Assembly: GCA_964486045.1 (NCBI GenBank)
Contig: CAZALK010000015.1
Coordinates: 64,001-128,000 of the forward strand
Origin: an uncultured archaeon
GTDB taxonomy: Archaea > Asgardarchaeota > Lokiarchaeia > Sigyniarchaeales > SOKP01
Length of the DNA: 64,000 bases
Reading direction: 5' to 3'
The number at the start of each line of letters is the position of its first letter. The first letter of the stretch is position 1. The translations under genes and the position numbers were made by a program. This document shows positions 31,324 to 40,889 of this stretch, piece by piece. Under the pieces are notes generated by a model. It saw only the letters and a list, made by a program, of their open reading frames with translations. It ran no database searches and had not been told where the DNA came from.

Positions 31324-33035
31324 ACCTCAATAGCAAAATTAATGATATTATTAATTTTATTTTTGATAAATTTGGAATGACAGAAGATTTTCCAGAGAAA
31401 CCCAAATTACATATTCATGATAATGTTTTTGGAACCTTAACTTTTACTGATTATGAGCGAAAGGTTGTTAATTCTCCACTTTTACAGAGATTGACTCAAA
31501 TAACACAAATGGGATTAGCCAATTTTGTATATCCTGGTGCTGTTCATAATAGATTTTCTCATAGTCTAGGGGTGTCTCATATTTCTGCAAAAATTTATCG
31601 TCAATTAATGGAATCAGATACTGGACGTGACAAAACAAATATAAAAGAAGACATTAATACTTTGAAGTTAGCGGGATTACTTCATGATATTGGGCATTGT
31701 CCGTTCTCCCATGTTTCTGATGATGTTATCAAAACTTCAACTCATTTTAATGATATCCCTAAAGCTAATATTGATTCTGAGATTTGCTCTCGAACAGGTG
31801 AGCAAGGTGATAACAAAAATATCCATGAGTTTTTAGGGTTTCACCTTTTGAAATCTAATCGAGTAGAAAATTTAATAAATACAATTTATAAATGTGTCCC
31901 ATTTGATTTTGAATTAATTCCTTTATGTGTTACAGGCAATTTATTACCTTTTAATAATGAAAATGGTCTATGTCACCAAATTTTCGATGATAAATATAAG
32001 ACATTACTAATAAAAATAATTAATGGATTTTCTGATTCAGATAAAATTGATTATATATTACGAGATTCTCAATTTTCGGGATTACCACTCCCTGCAGATA
32101 TCGATAGATTAATTTCATTTTTTGAAATTATATCTCATCAAGATACTTATGAATTAGGCGTATCTGAGAAAGGTGCAAGAGCTTTTAATTTATTACTTCA
32201 ATCAAAAACAAAGATGTTTCCAACTGTTTATCAACATCACACTACATTAGCTTGTGAATCTCTATTAGTATTTGGAATAATTGATGCTATGCGAAATGTA
32301 AATGAAGCCACAGTAAATATTGATACTGAAAAATGGCATCCTATCGAATGTGGCGTCGATCTTCTTTATTATACTGATGGGTCATTATTAGATTATTTAA
32401 GAATAATAGATAATCCAATTTCTAATGATGTTGTAAATAGACTTTTAAATAGAAGACATTATAGGACAATTAGACGTATATTTACTTGGGAACTCAGAAA
32501 TGAGTTAATAGTGTCAAGAAAGGTTTTTAGAGAAGACTTAAAAAACAGTGGATTATTTTCAGACTTCCAAAAACTATTAGATGAGGGAAAGATGGGACAA
32601 TATACTGTAGAAATGAATTTATCTTATATGAAATATGAAGCTATAAGAGAAAAAAGAATTGATGAATTTTATAAAGAATTTGATTCAAGAGATAAAATGC
32701 TTAGTTTTAAGAGAAAGATGATCAATAAGGAACCTTATATTTTAAAGAAATTGAATAAAAATTTTCCCAATGTTGATGAAGACACATTAATAGATTATAC
32801 TATATGTGTCCGAATTGCTGGAACTCTATCTGACAAACCATATCAACAACCGTATGTAAAGAGATTAAACAGGTTTAAGAATGAAACCGAATTATTATCA
32901 TTATCGCAGATGGGATTTGTAGAGCCTCAAGCATTAGATTATCAACACATCACTTTCTATTCACTACCTAAGTTTTCAGACATATTAAGACCACATATAA
33001 ATGATTATTTACAAGAAAAATTATTTACTAATTAG
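31320..33035 (+). CDS. HD-domain phosphohydrolase, SAMHD1/YwfO-like dNTP triphosphohydrolase
   Basis: LQRL..ITQMG, VYPGAVHNRFSHSLG, LLHDIGHCPFSH, HE, DSDKIDYILRDS, VYQH. Confidence 0.9.
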   Translation: MNLNSKINDIINFIFDKFGMTEDFPEKPKLHIHDNVFGTLTFTDYERKVVNSPLLQRLTQITQMGLANFVYPGAVHNRFSHSLGVSHISAKIYRQLMESDTGRDKTNIKEDINTLKLAGLLHDIGHCPFSHVSDDVIKTSTHFNDIPKANIDSEICSRTGEQGDNKNIHEFLGFHLLKSNRVENLINTIYKCVPFDFELIPLCVTGNLLPFNNENGLCHQIFDDKYKTLLIKIINGFSDSDKIDYILRDSQFSGLPLPADIDRLISFFEIISHQDTYELGVSEKGARAFNLLLQSKTKMFPTVYQHHTTLACESLLVFGIIDAMRNVNEATVNIDTEKWHPIECGVDLLYYTDGSLLDYLRIIDNPISNDVVNRLLNRRHYRTIRRIFTWELRNELIVSRKVFREDLKNSGLFSDFQKLLDEGKMGQYTVEMNLSYMKYEAIREKRIDEFYKEFDSRDKMLSFKRKMINKEPYILKKLNKNFPNVDEDTLIDYTICVRIAGTLSDKPYQQPYVKRLNRFKNETELLSLSQMGFVEPQALDYQHITFYSLPKFSDILRPHINDYLQEKLFTN

Positions 33036-33139
33036 TTAGATTAAAAAGAGTAAAATAATAATCAACTTTTTTTTTTTAATTTTCTGAACTTATAAAGTGT
33101 AGTATCATCTCTAAAAATAAAGCACTTTTTATACGTAAA

Positions 33140-33174
33140 TAGCAATTGAAATGTAATACAATTGAAAGCAAGAA
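33140..33174 (+). repeat. Direct repeat copy B (TAGCAATTGAAATGTAATACAATTGAAAGCAAGAA)
   Basis: See copy A at 30358-30391. Confidence 0.9.
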
Positions 33175-33405
33175 GAACAGGTGAATTATTTTTTCTTTAT
33201 AATTTTCTCAAAGTGCCTATTCTTGAGCAAAGGAAATGAATCCCAGAAAATATAAAAGATAAAAATAAATGGAAATTATTAAAATTAAGAACCCTATTCA
33301 TTATTAATCTTTAAATACGAATTGTAAATAAATTATAAAATATTAACAGTAGTATTGACGAACTTCTCAAAGATATGTTAGAAAACTTAAGAGGATTATA
33401 AAAAG

Positions 33406-33618
33406 ATGCTAGAATGTGACTTTTGTAACAAGAATCGGGTTGTTACAATAAAATTAGAATTATTTAACTCAGAAATTGATGAGGATCCAGAAGATTTAGA
33501 TTCAAAAAGAATTTGCATGATATGTCTTGAAAAAAGAAATTGGAAAATAGATATAAGGGAAGTTTTACAATTTGAAATAGAAGATTCAGTAGATTTTCCA
33601 GAGGATTTTGAAGGGTGA
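33406..33618 (+). CDS. Small acidic zinc-finger protein
   Basis: CDFC...CMIC; GAGG upstream; its end carries the GGTGA RBS of the next gene. Confidence 0.65.
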   Translation: MLECDFCNKNRVVTIKLELFNSEIDEDPEDLDSKRICMICLEKRNWKIDIREVLQFEIEDSVDFPEDFEG

Positions 33619-33625
33619 ATAAAAA

Positions 33626-34696
33626 ATGAAAATAAAAATCGCAAATATGGATGTTGGTAAATTTGCCATAAGAGAGAAATTTGAAGATGAACATGTGAAA
33701 GAAATTATAGAAAGTTTTAAAGTAGATGGACAATGGAATCCAATAATTGTCAGACCAATAGAAGATGGAAGATATGAACTCATTGCAGGGCATTATCGTT
33801 TACAAGCGGGTAAAGAATTGGGTTGGGAAGAAATTGAAGCTACTATTAAAGATTTAGCAGATGATGATGCAGATATATTATCTCTAAAGACTAATTTATT
33901 GCATTCTGACATGACAGCCACAGAAAAAGGAAAAGTTATAAATAAAATTATAACAAAATATGGAATTACCCAAACAGATTTAGCAAAAAAACTGGGCATA
34001 AGTGAATCTTCAATTAGTAGATTCTTAACTCTGGCACTATCATTACATGAAGATGTTTCAACTGCTTTAAGTAATGGTGAAATTAACTATGCTGTTGCTG
34101 TGATCATAGGGAGTTTCAAATTGAAAGACCAACCAAAATTCTTGGAAATAATCTTGGAACGGAAAATCTCATCCCCAGAAGATGCAAGTAAATTAAAAGC
34201 GAAATTTCTTAACGATACAATCTATACAATCGGTTATCAGGGAAAAAAGTCAATTGACTTTATTAAAATACTCCAAAATAATGAAGTAAAAGTTCTTATT
34301 GATGTTAGATATTCAGCTAAATCAACCATGCTACCAGAGTTCAGTAAAGATGTCTTAAAACGAGATTTAGAACGAAATAAAATAAAATATCGACATTATC
34401 CAGAATTGGGAATTCCTTTTGTAATTCAAGCTCCCTATAAAGATGGGAAACTTTCAGTTGATTGTTTAAAACAATGGTATAAATGGCAAGTAGAAGATAG
34501 CGATAAAGTTGATTTCGATAGTGTTATGAAATACTTAAAAGATTCAGGACGACCTGCATTAATGTGTATGGAAAAATATGCTAAAAAAATGAGAGATCAG
34601 AAATATTCATGCCATAGAGATATTTTAGCTAATTTAATTCTAAACTATACAACTATAGATTCCTTACTTAAATTTAAGCATAGGATTGATCTCTAA
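33626..34696 (+). CDS. ParB/Spo0J (N-domain + HTH) fused to a C-terminal DUF488 domain
   Basis: PIIVRP..GRYELIAGHYRLQA; HTH TQTDLAKKLGISESSISR; from aa ~197 IYTIGY, LIDVR, YRHYPELG, ALMCME, CHR. Confidence 0.85.
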   Translation: MKIKIANMDVGKFAIREKFEDEHVKEIIESFKVDGQWNPIIVRPIEDGRYELIAGHYRLQAGKELGWEEIEATIKDLADDDADILSLKTNLLHSDMTATEKGKVINKIITKYGITQTDLAKKLGISESSISRFLTLALSLHEDVSTALSNGEINYAVAVIIGSFKLKDQPKFLEIILERKISSPEDASKLKAKFLNDTIYTIGYQGKKSIDFIKILQNNEVKVLIDVRYSAKSTMLPEFSKDVLKRDLERNKIKYRHYPELGIPFVIQAPYKDGKLSVDCLKQWYKWQVEDSDKVDFDSVMKYLKDSGRPALMCMEKYAKKMRDQKYSCHRDILANLILNYTTIDSLLKFKHRIDL

Positions 34697-34782
34697 GTGT
34701 AATGCTAAGGATGATATATACGTTGATGTAAGAATTTTATAAATAATAATTTAGAATATAGATTAGTAAATGGTGATTTTGT

Positions 34783-35592
34783 ATGTTAATAAAAGATTTA
34801 ATTATTTTAGGGAGGGCAGTTCCAGTTTTATTAAAAGATCAGCGTAAAACAATCTGTACTGCTGGTTATTCTCACGAATTAGGTTTTGTTAGAATATATC
34901 CTACATTTTACTATGAGAATATTCATCTTTGGGATATAGTTTCTATTGATGTAAAAAAAGACACACGTGATTCTAGAAGCGAATCATGGAAAAAACTTGC
35001 GGATTCTGAATTTAAAAAAATTGGTACATTAAAAAATGACAGAGAAGAAAAGGAAACTTTATTGGAATCAATTTATCAAAATAAATGTACACATGATTTG
35101 AATGAGGAGAATAGAAGTTTAGCCATTATTAAACCTCAAATTGTAGATTGCAATTTTAAAGAAGTTTCTGCTACTGAAGATGGAAAACTTGTCACAATGA
35201 GTTTAATGGATTTCTTTACAAATAAAAAAAAAACAAATAGGAAACCTCTGCTGGTAAAAACAAATTTTGATGTTATTCCCTATATACGTTATAGATGTTG
35301 TGTTAACTGTAGAACTAAAGCGCCTCATAATCAACAGATATTAGAATGGGGAGGATACCAATGGATTCAGAAACACCCTGATGAAAAAGAGCAATTATGG
35401 GAAAATTATCGAATTTTTGATGAGGAATGGTATAAATATTTTTTCATTGGCAATTTACGGGATCAAAGAACTACATGGTTGATAATTAACATTTTAAGAG
35501 GAAAGAAAAATGAAGGTATTGAGAGAGAGAATGGAAAAATTTTGTACCAATCTAAAGAGGAAAGCAAAATAACTCAGAAAAAATTATTTTAA
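34783..35592 (+). CDS. Hypothetical protein, probable OB-fold nucleic-acid-binding partner of DUF488
   Basis: TICTAG...VRIYP, DSRSESW, SLAIIKP, CxxC...H, FFIGN. Confidence 0.55.
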   Translation: MLIKDLIILGRAVPVLLKDQRKTICTAGYSHELGFVRIYPTFYYENIHLWDIVSIDVKKDTRDSRSESWKKLADSEFKKIGTLKNDREEKETLLESIYQNKCTHDLNEENRSLAIIKPQIVDCNFKEVSATEDGKLVTMSLMDFFTNKKKTNRKPLLVKTNFDVIPYIRYRCCVNCRTKAPHNQQILEWGGYQWIQKHPDEKEQLWENYRIFDEEWYKYFFIGNLRDQRTTWLIINILRGKKNEGIERENGKILYQSKEESKITQKKLF

Positions 35593-35697
35593 AAAGATTA
35601 ATTTAAGAGTATTTTTCATTTTCTGTAAAAATATATAATAATTTATTTCTCAAATTATAATTATTAATATTAGATAAAATTAATAATTTGTAATTAG

Positions 35698-36387
35698 ATG
35701 CTATTTCCAGCCTCAAACTTAAATAAAATTTTCAAAAGCTTCTCTTTGAATAAAGGGATTATCTCAATTTGGGGTGATTTTGGTGTTGGAAAAACTACAT
35801 TTGCTCTTCAAACTGCAATTTACACTGTTAGAAATGCAAATAAAATCATTTATATATATTCTAAGCCAAATTTTCCGGCTGAAAAAATAAGGAACTTGGT
35901 AAGAGGATCAAGAGAAAGTCTAAATAATATTATCTTCATACAAACAGAGAATTTTGAGGATGTATATAATATCGTGTTTAATTTAGAATTTTTAATCCTA
36001 AATTCTCTCAATATAACAAAAGAAAAATTTGAATTAATTGTGATAGATTCCTTAACAGGTCTTTATCGATTAGCGTTAAATAAAGCGAAAAAAGAACAAA
36101 ATTATAACTTAAATTATACTTTAAACCAAATTCTAGCAAATCTCTTAAATATAAATATTTCATACGACATTGAAATTCTGATAGTAAATGAGAAGGTAAA
36201 CATGTTGATCAACAATCAGATTATTGAAATACAAAGTGGTGGGAAAGTTATGGATTATTGGGTTCCAACAAATATCAAAATTGAACGAACGAAAATTTTA
36301 AAAGAGAGAAGATTTCTACTAACGAAACGTCCTGAGATTCAAAATATGGAATTTAAATCTAGATTAACTGAAAATGGTTTTCAGTGA
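35698..36387 (+). CDS. RadB-like RecA-family ATPase
   Basis: GDFGVGKTT, LIVIDS, GGKVMDYW; lacks the RadA N-domain. Confidence 0.8.
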   Translation: MLFPASNLNKIFKSFSLNKGIISIWGDFGVGKTTFALQTAIYTVRNANKIIYIYSKPNFPAEKIRNLVRGSRESLNNIIFIQTENFEDVYNIVFNLEFLILNSLNITKEKFELIVIDSLTGLYRLALNKAKKEQNYNLNYTLNQILANLLNINISYDIEILIVNEKVNMLINNQIIEIQSGGKVMDYWVPTNIKIERTKILKERRFLLTKRPEIQNMEFKSRLTENGFQ

Positions 36388-36498
36388 ATATCTCAAAAAA
36401 TATATTCCATATTTTCATAAAAATTCCTTTTTTATACTTTTTCACATTAATATTTGTGCAATTACAATATTTAATTTAATTTTTAGTTATATATTATA

Positions 36499-37752
36499 GT
36501 GATGGATAAAAAAGAAGAATTTATGAAACATGCCTTAAGTACAATTAAAGAAGGAAATACCGAATTCTATATACATAATGTTGACAAGGACTCCATTCCT
36601 TCAAAATCAATGACCGTCTTCTATAATCAGAAAATGGAGATAAATAGAGATATTTCTAATTTAGCAATTATCGCTTATAGTAAAATTTATAATCAGGATT
36701 CTCTCATAATCGTAGATTCTATGGCTGCTTCAGGAATAAGCTCAATCAGAATGTTAAAAGAATGCGCTAATATTAAAAAAATCTACATCAATGACATAAA
36801 CCCCGTTGCGGTAGATCTCATTCATAAAAATCTATTTTTGAATAATCTATTTGATCAACCATCTTATATAAAAGTGTCAAGAAAGGATGCAAATTATTTA
36901 TTTGCAGAAATTACACAAAATTACTTTACCCATCTGTATGATAATCCAGAAAAACCAAATATCATCTCAATTGATCCATTTGGTACTCCAAATTTATATT
37001 TAGATGCTGCTTTTAAAGCTATCCAAAATAAAGATGGATTATTATGTGTAACAGCAACTGATACTCCAGTTTTGTTTGGAATAAGGTCAAAAAGTTGCAT
37101 TCGAAAATATATGTCAAAACCTCTCCACACCGAGTATTGTAAGGAGATTGGAGCCCGAATTTTAATCCATTTTATATCTAGAATTGCGAATGTGAATAAT
37201 ATGGGGATAATTCCACTTCTAACATTTTATTCTTCACATTTCTTAAGGATTTTTTGTCTAACTTTTAAAAATAAAGATGAGATCTCAAAATCCTTTAAAA
37301 ATTATGGTTTTATAGTCCATTGTAATAAATGTGGATATCGCTCAAGTTTTCAGGATAACATTTTAGAATTACCGGGGAATTGTCCTCTTTGCAAGGAAAG
37401 TAGAAAAATGGAGTATGCTGGTCCTCTCTGGATTAATGATATTCATGATTTGGAATTTTTAAATGAAATTGTCGGTTTAAATAATGAATTACAATATACC
37501 AACAAAAAAAGAATTGACAAATTGCTAAATATCATCAGGGAAGAAGTCAAAAATCCAATTTCCTTTTACAATATTCATAAATTGAGCAGAATTTTAAAAA
37601 TTTCAAACACCCCAAAATTAAATACAATAATCGAAACCATTAGGAAAAAAAAGTATAGTGCTTCTAAAACTCATTTTGATTTTTTATCAATTAAAACAAA
37701 TATGAATATAGTGGGGATTAAAGAGACTCTATTAGAATTGAATGATAAATAG
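36499..37752 (+). CDS. trm1: tRNA (guanine26-N2)-dimethyltransferase
   Basis: VFYNQKMEINRD, NDINP, IDPFGTP, VTATD, GPLW. Confidence 0.95.
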   Translation: MMDKKEEFMKHALSTIKEGNTEFYIHNVDKDSIPSKSMTVFYNQKMEINRDISNLAIIAYSKIYNQDSLIIVDSMAASGISSIRMLKECANIKKIYINDINPVAVDLIHKNLFLNNLFDQPSYIKVSRKDANYLFAEITQNYFTHLYDNPEKPNIISIDPFGTPNLYLDAAFKAIQNKDGLLCVTATDTPVLFGIRSKSCIRKYMSKPLHTEYCKEIGARILIHFISRIANVNNMGIIPLLTFYSSHFLRIFCLTFKNKDEISKSFKNYGFIVHCNKCGYRSSFQDNILELPGNCPLCKESRKMEYAGPLWINDIHDLEFLNEIVGLNNELQYTNKKRIDKLLNIIREEVKNPISFYNIHKLSRILKISNTPKLNTIIETIRKKKYSASKTHFDFLSIKTNMNIVGIKETLLELNDK

Positions 37753-38401
37753 ACTAATACTTACGTTGACAGACAATCATAAAACTCATAAAAAAGATCC
37801 TTATTATCAGCAGGCGAAAATTGAGAAATATCGAGCCAGATCTGCTTACAAATTATTAGATATTCAAAAAAAGTTTAGGGTTTTTAAAAGGGCATTCTAC
37901 ATTCTAGATTTGGGATGTGCTCCGGGTTCCTGGTTGCAAGTTGCTAAAAAACTCACTGTGGATAATTTAAATAAGTATAATGACCAGTATTATCATCGCA
38001 ATCATTATAAAATCTTAGGAGTAGATGTTAAAAGAGTATCACCGATTGAGGATGTTCAAATTCTTAAAATGGATCTTACAAAACCGGAGATAAATAATAA
38101 TCTGGAAGCCTTCTTTCAAACCAAAATCGATCTAATTTTATCTGATGCTTCAATAATCAAGTCTGGTAACATGTTTTCTGACCAATTAAAACAAGTTAAA
38201 TTATGTTTAAAGATCCTTGAATTAACAAAAACACATTTAAAATTTAAGGGTTCATTAGTTATGAAGATCTTTCAAGGATCTGATTATCATGAGCTATTTA
38301 AAAAAGCTAAGAGTAATTTCAGGATATTGAAAGCATTTAAACCACAATCCTCAAAAAAAAAAAGTAATGAAATTTATTTAATAGGATTGCAGAAAAAATA
38401 A
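37742..38401 (+). CDS. rlmE: 23S rRNA Um2552 methyltransferase (RlmE/FtsJ)
   Basis: YRARSAYKL, LDLGCAPGSW, ILSD, KIFQG, KPQSS...EIY. Confidence 0.92.
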   Translation: MINRLILTLTDNHKTHKKDPYYQQAKIEKYRARSAYKLLDIQKKFRVFKRAFYILDLGCAPGSWLQVAKKLTVDNLNKYNDQYYHRNHYKILGVDVKRVSPIEDVQILKMDLTKPEINNNLEAFFQTKIDLILSDASIIKSGNMFSDQLKQVKLCLKILELTKTHLKFKGSLVMKIFQGSDYHELFKKAKSNFRILKAFKPQSSKKKSNEIYLIGLQKK

Positions 38402-39013
38402 TTAGATGTCTTTTAAACCAGCTCCTATTTCATCAAAATTAATATCATATTCATTTCCATCTATTAAAATTTCAATCCACTCGGTTAACCAAGGACAGCG
38501 AAAAGGATTAAATTGGTCCATATTAGTATCATTACACTTACTCCAAAAAGGACAGATAAAACATGGTTGTCTAGAAAACATATTCCATATGTAATCTCTT
38601 CGATCTTTATTTATTTTAACTTCTTTTATCTTTACATCGATTTCCTCAATCGAGGATATATGTTTTGTCCAAGAAGCCTCAATTAATTCTCTTTTGATAT
38701 ATATTTTTGATTGTAATGATAATACATCCAAAATTTCATCTAAATCATTTGGCTTTTTATCACAGAATTTTAAAAGATCATTAAAATAAATCTCTTTTTC
38801 TCGATTTATTATATTTAAAATTTGTATCTCATCTTTATTTAAATTGCGATTAAAAATTCTCTTTTTTTCTTCTATTCTTTCGATCCTTCTCTCAACTTCA
38901 GATTTTTCGTCTGAAGGGCCTTCTATTCTTTCTTTTATCTTACATTTATGACGGGATAAATAAGCAAAACTTTTACCACAATAAGGGCAAGTCTCTTTTT
39001 TCTTCTTAGCGAT
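38402..39013 (-). CDS. TFEbeta/Rpc34-like protein: N-terminal Zn finger, wHTH, C-terminal 4-Cys Fe-S motif; apparent ATC start
   Basis: Frame of ORF 38402-38731 stays open 94 more codons to ATC at 39013 (TAA two codons before; GAGGTG 8 nt upstream); CPYCGK..YLSRHKC; PCFICPFWSKC...NPFRCPWLTEW. Confidence 0.7.
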   Translation of the reverse strand: MAKKKKETCPYCGKSFAYLSRHKCKIKERIEGPSDEKSEVERRIERIEEKKRIFNRNLNKDEIQILNIINREKEIYFNDLLKFCDKKPNDLDEILDVLSLQSKIYIKRELIEASWTKHISSIEEIDVKIKEVKINKDRRDYIWNMFSRQPCFICPFWSKCNDTNMDQFNPFRCPWLTEWIEILIDGNEYDINFDEIGAGLKDI

Positions 39014-39232
39014 AAATTATGCACCTCATACTTATTGAAAATATCTCTGGTTCGAAATGTAAAGGTTTTTAAACTGAAATTTCAATGCCTGAATCTAAAA
39101 AGTTCAGTAATATGATATTATTTTATGTTTATTTTTAAATTAATTTTTCGGTTTTGATGTTGGATGTTTTAAGTTATCTTTTTAATAGTATTAACTCACT
39201 ATATTTAAATTAACATTTCTTACTACAAATTA

Positions 39233-40048
39233 ATGGATATCCATAAAATTTTAGAAATTAAACAACAACAAATTAAAGATTTTAATGAAATTTATAAATC
39301 AAGAAATCAGAAAAAACACAAAATAATATTACCATTAGATCAGAGAAATTTTGATGATGTTCTAGATGGTGGGTTTCATTCAGGAATAGAATATGTTATT
39401 TTTGGTCCCAACAAGGCAGGTAAAACTCAATTATGTCATCAATTATGTGTTCAAGCTTATAAACATCTAAATAAAATTTTCAAATTGAAAAAAACGAAAT
39501 TTATTTACTATTTTGATACAGAAAACACATTTCGTCCTGAGAGGATTGAAGAACTAGTAGCTCCTACTGAATTTGAAATTGATCGTGTACTTAAAAGTAT
39601 ATTAATCTCAAAAATTATGAGTAATTCAGCCCTTCTACTTGCATTAAAGGACTTTGAAAAATTTATCATAAAAGATATGGGAGGGATTTTAATTATTGAT
39701 ACAATTAACAATCATTTTAGGTCTGATTTAAGTAATAATAACATTATTTTTCAAAAAGCAAAAAATAGATTTTTAAATATTTTAAAAATTATTGATGAGT
39801 TTACTAATAAATATAATCTAATTACCATACTAATGGCTCAAATCGCTTCTAATTTCTCAAGAGACACTATTATTAGAGAATTACCCGTTGGTAATCAATT
39901 TTTAAACCAATTTTTTTCAGAATATATATATTTAAGTAAAGGAAATAAAGAAAAGAATTACATTCACTTAGTTAATTCGTTAAATCATCCAGAAAAAAAG
40001 GTTCTATATAATATTACTAAAAATGGGATTCAAGATTATAAGATTTGA
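39233..40048 (+). CDS. RadA/Rad51 paralogue
   Basis: FDDVLDGG, GPNKAGKTQLCHQLCV, DTENTFRPERI. Confidence 0.85.
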   Translation: MDIHKILEIKQQQIKDFNEIYKSRNQKKHKIILPLDQRNFDDVLDGGFHSGIEYVIFGPNKAGKTQLCHQLCVQAYKHLNKIFKLKKTKFIYYFDTENTFRPERIEELVAPTEFEIDRVLKSILISKIMSNSALLLALKDFEKFIIKDMGGILIIDTINNHFRSDLSNNNIIFQKAKNRFLNILKIIDEFTNKYNLITILMAQIASNFSRDTIIRELPVGNQFLNQFFSEYIYLSKGNKEKNYIHLVNSLNHPEKKVLYNITKNGIQDYKI

Positions 40049-40889
40049 AAGATCTAGACCTTACAATTTTTAAAAAATCTTCTATCGAAATACATTTTAA
40101 TTGATTATTAACAAATTTAGAGTTAACAAAAATTAAATCATTAGGAATTTTATTTCTTAACCATTCTATTAATTCAACAGCATAGAGTAGCTTTTTCTTC
40201 TTAATCTGACTCCCTTCTCGATTGTGTTTGATATACAATTTAGAATATTTCCCTACGATATTTTTGAAATCCATTCCTATAAGAAATAATTTCTGAGATG
40301 GGGTTATTAAACTGCGTAAAAAAAAAAGAATTCTATCCCCATCAGTGAAACCTCCTGGGTTTACAATATTATTTATTGGGTCTACTTGAGTTGTTCCTAT
40401 AACATTATGAAAATTTATTATTTCATTTTCAAACTGCATTAATTTGTCGAGATTATCTCCATGTGCATGAACGATATTAAAATTTGAATAATTGAATTCT
40501 TTTTTAGTAATCCCATCTAAGTCTGTAAAGATGGCATCAATTGGAATATTTTTTTCTCTTAGTAATATTGAAGCGCCATCTGCTGTTATATTAATGAATT
40601 CATCGAAGAAATTTTTCCCCTTATTGCTCAAAATAACATTCATTGTCTCTTCTAATGATGGTCCACAACCATAAATTAAAATTACCGGCTTTAATAGGAT
40701 CCTATTTCTAAAGGATTCTAAAATATTATCCAATTTCCATTTATAAGTCTTTTTCTTTAAAATGACTGATAGCAGATCACGTGATTTCAAATCTCTTTCA
40801 TAATCAAACTTGAAATCCTCCCTAATATGAAAATACCAATCTTTAAACTCGTTAAAAAAATTTAACTCATCCTTAAGTGTAGAACCCAT
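40017..40889 (-). CDS. mptE: 6-hydroxymethyl-7,8-dihydropterin pyrophosphokinase (DUF115)
   Basis: GCGPSL, TADGA, TDLDG, VHAHGDN, GTTQ, GGFTDGDR. Confidence 0.88.
   Translation of the reverse strand: MGSTLKDELNFFNEFKDWYFHIREDFKFDYERDLKSRDLLSVILKKKTYKWKLDNILESFRNRILLKPVILIYGCGPSLEETMNVILSNKGKNFFDEFINITADGASILLREKNIPIDAIFTDLDGITKKEFNYSNFNIVHAHGDNLDKLMQFENEIINFHNVIGTTQVDPINNIVNPGGFTDGDRILFFLRSLITPSQKLFLIGMDFKNIVGKYSKLYIKHNREGSQIKKKKLLYAVELIEWLRNKIPNDLIFVNSKFVNNQLKCISIEDFLKIVRSRSFKSYNLESHF

Larger units (their letters stand above)
30358..35592. mobile_element. Putative accessory/defence island (no integrase seen)
   Basis: Six non-housekeeping genes between divergent core-type genes; two modules each preceded by the same repeat; boundaries approximate. 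Confidence 0.55.

Noticed and set aside
30358-33174. CRISPR array, because the repeat contains ATTGAAAG like many CRISPR repeat ends
   Set aside because: Only two good copies 2.8 kb apart, no regular repeat-spacer periodicity and no cas genes in the window
33626-34696. Chromosome or plasmid partition locus (parABS)
   Set aside because: No ParA or replication gene nearby, no canonical parS recognised, and the C-terminal dimerisation domain is replaced by DUF488
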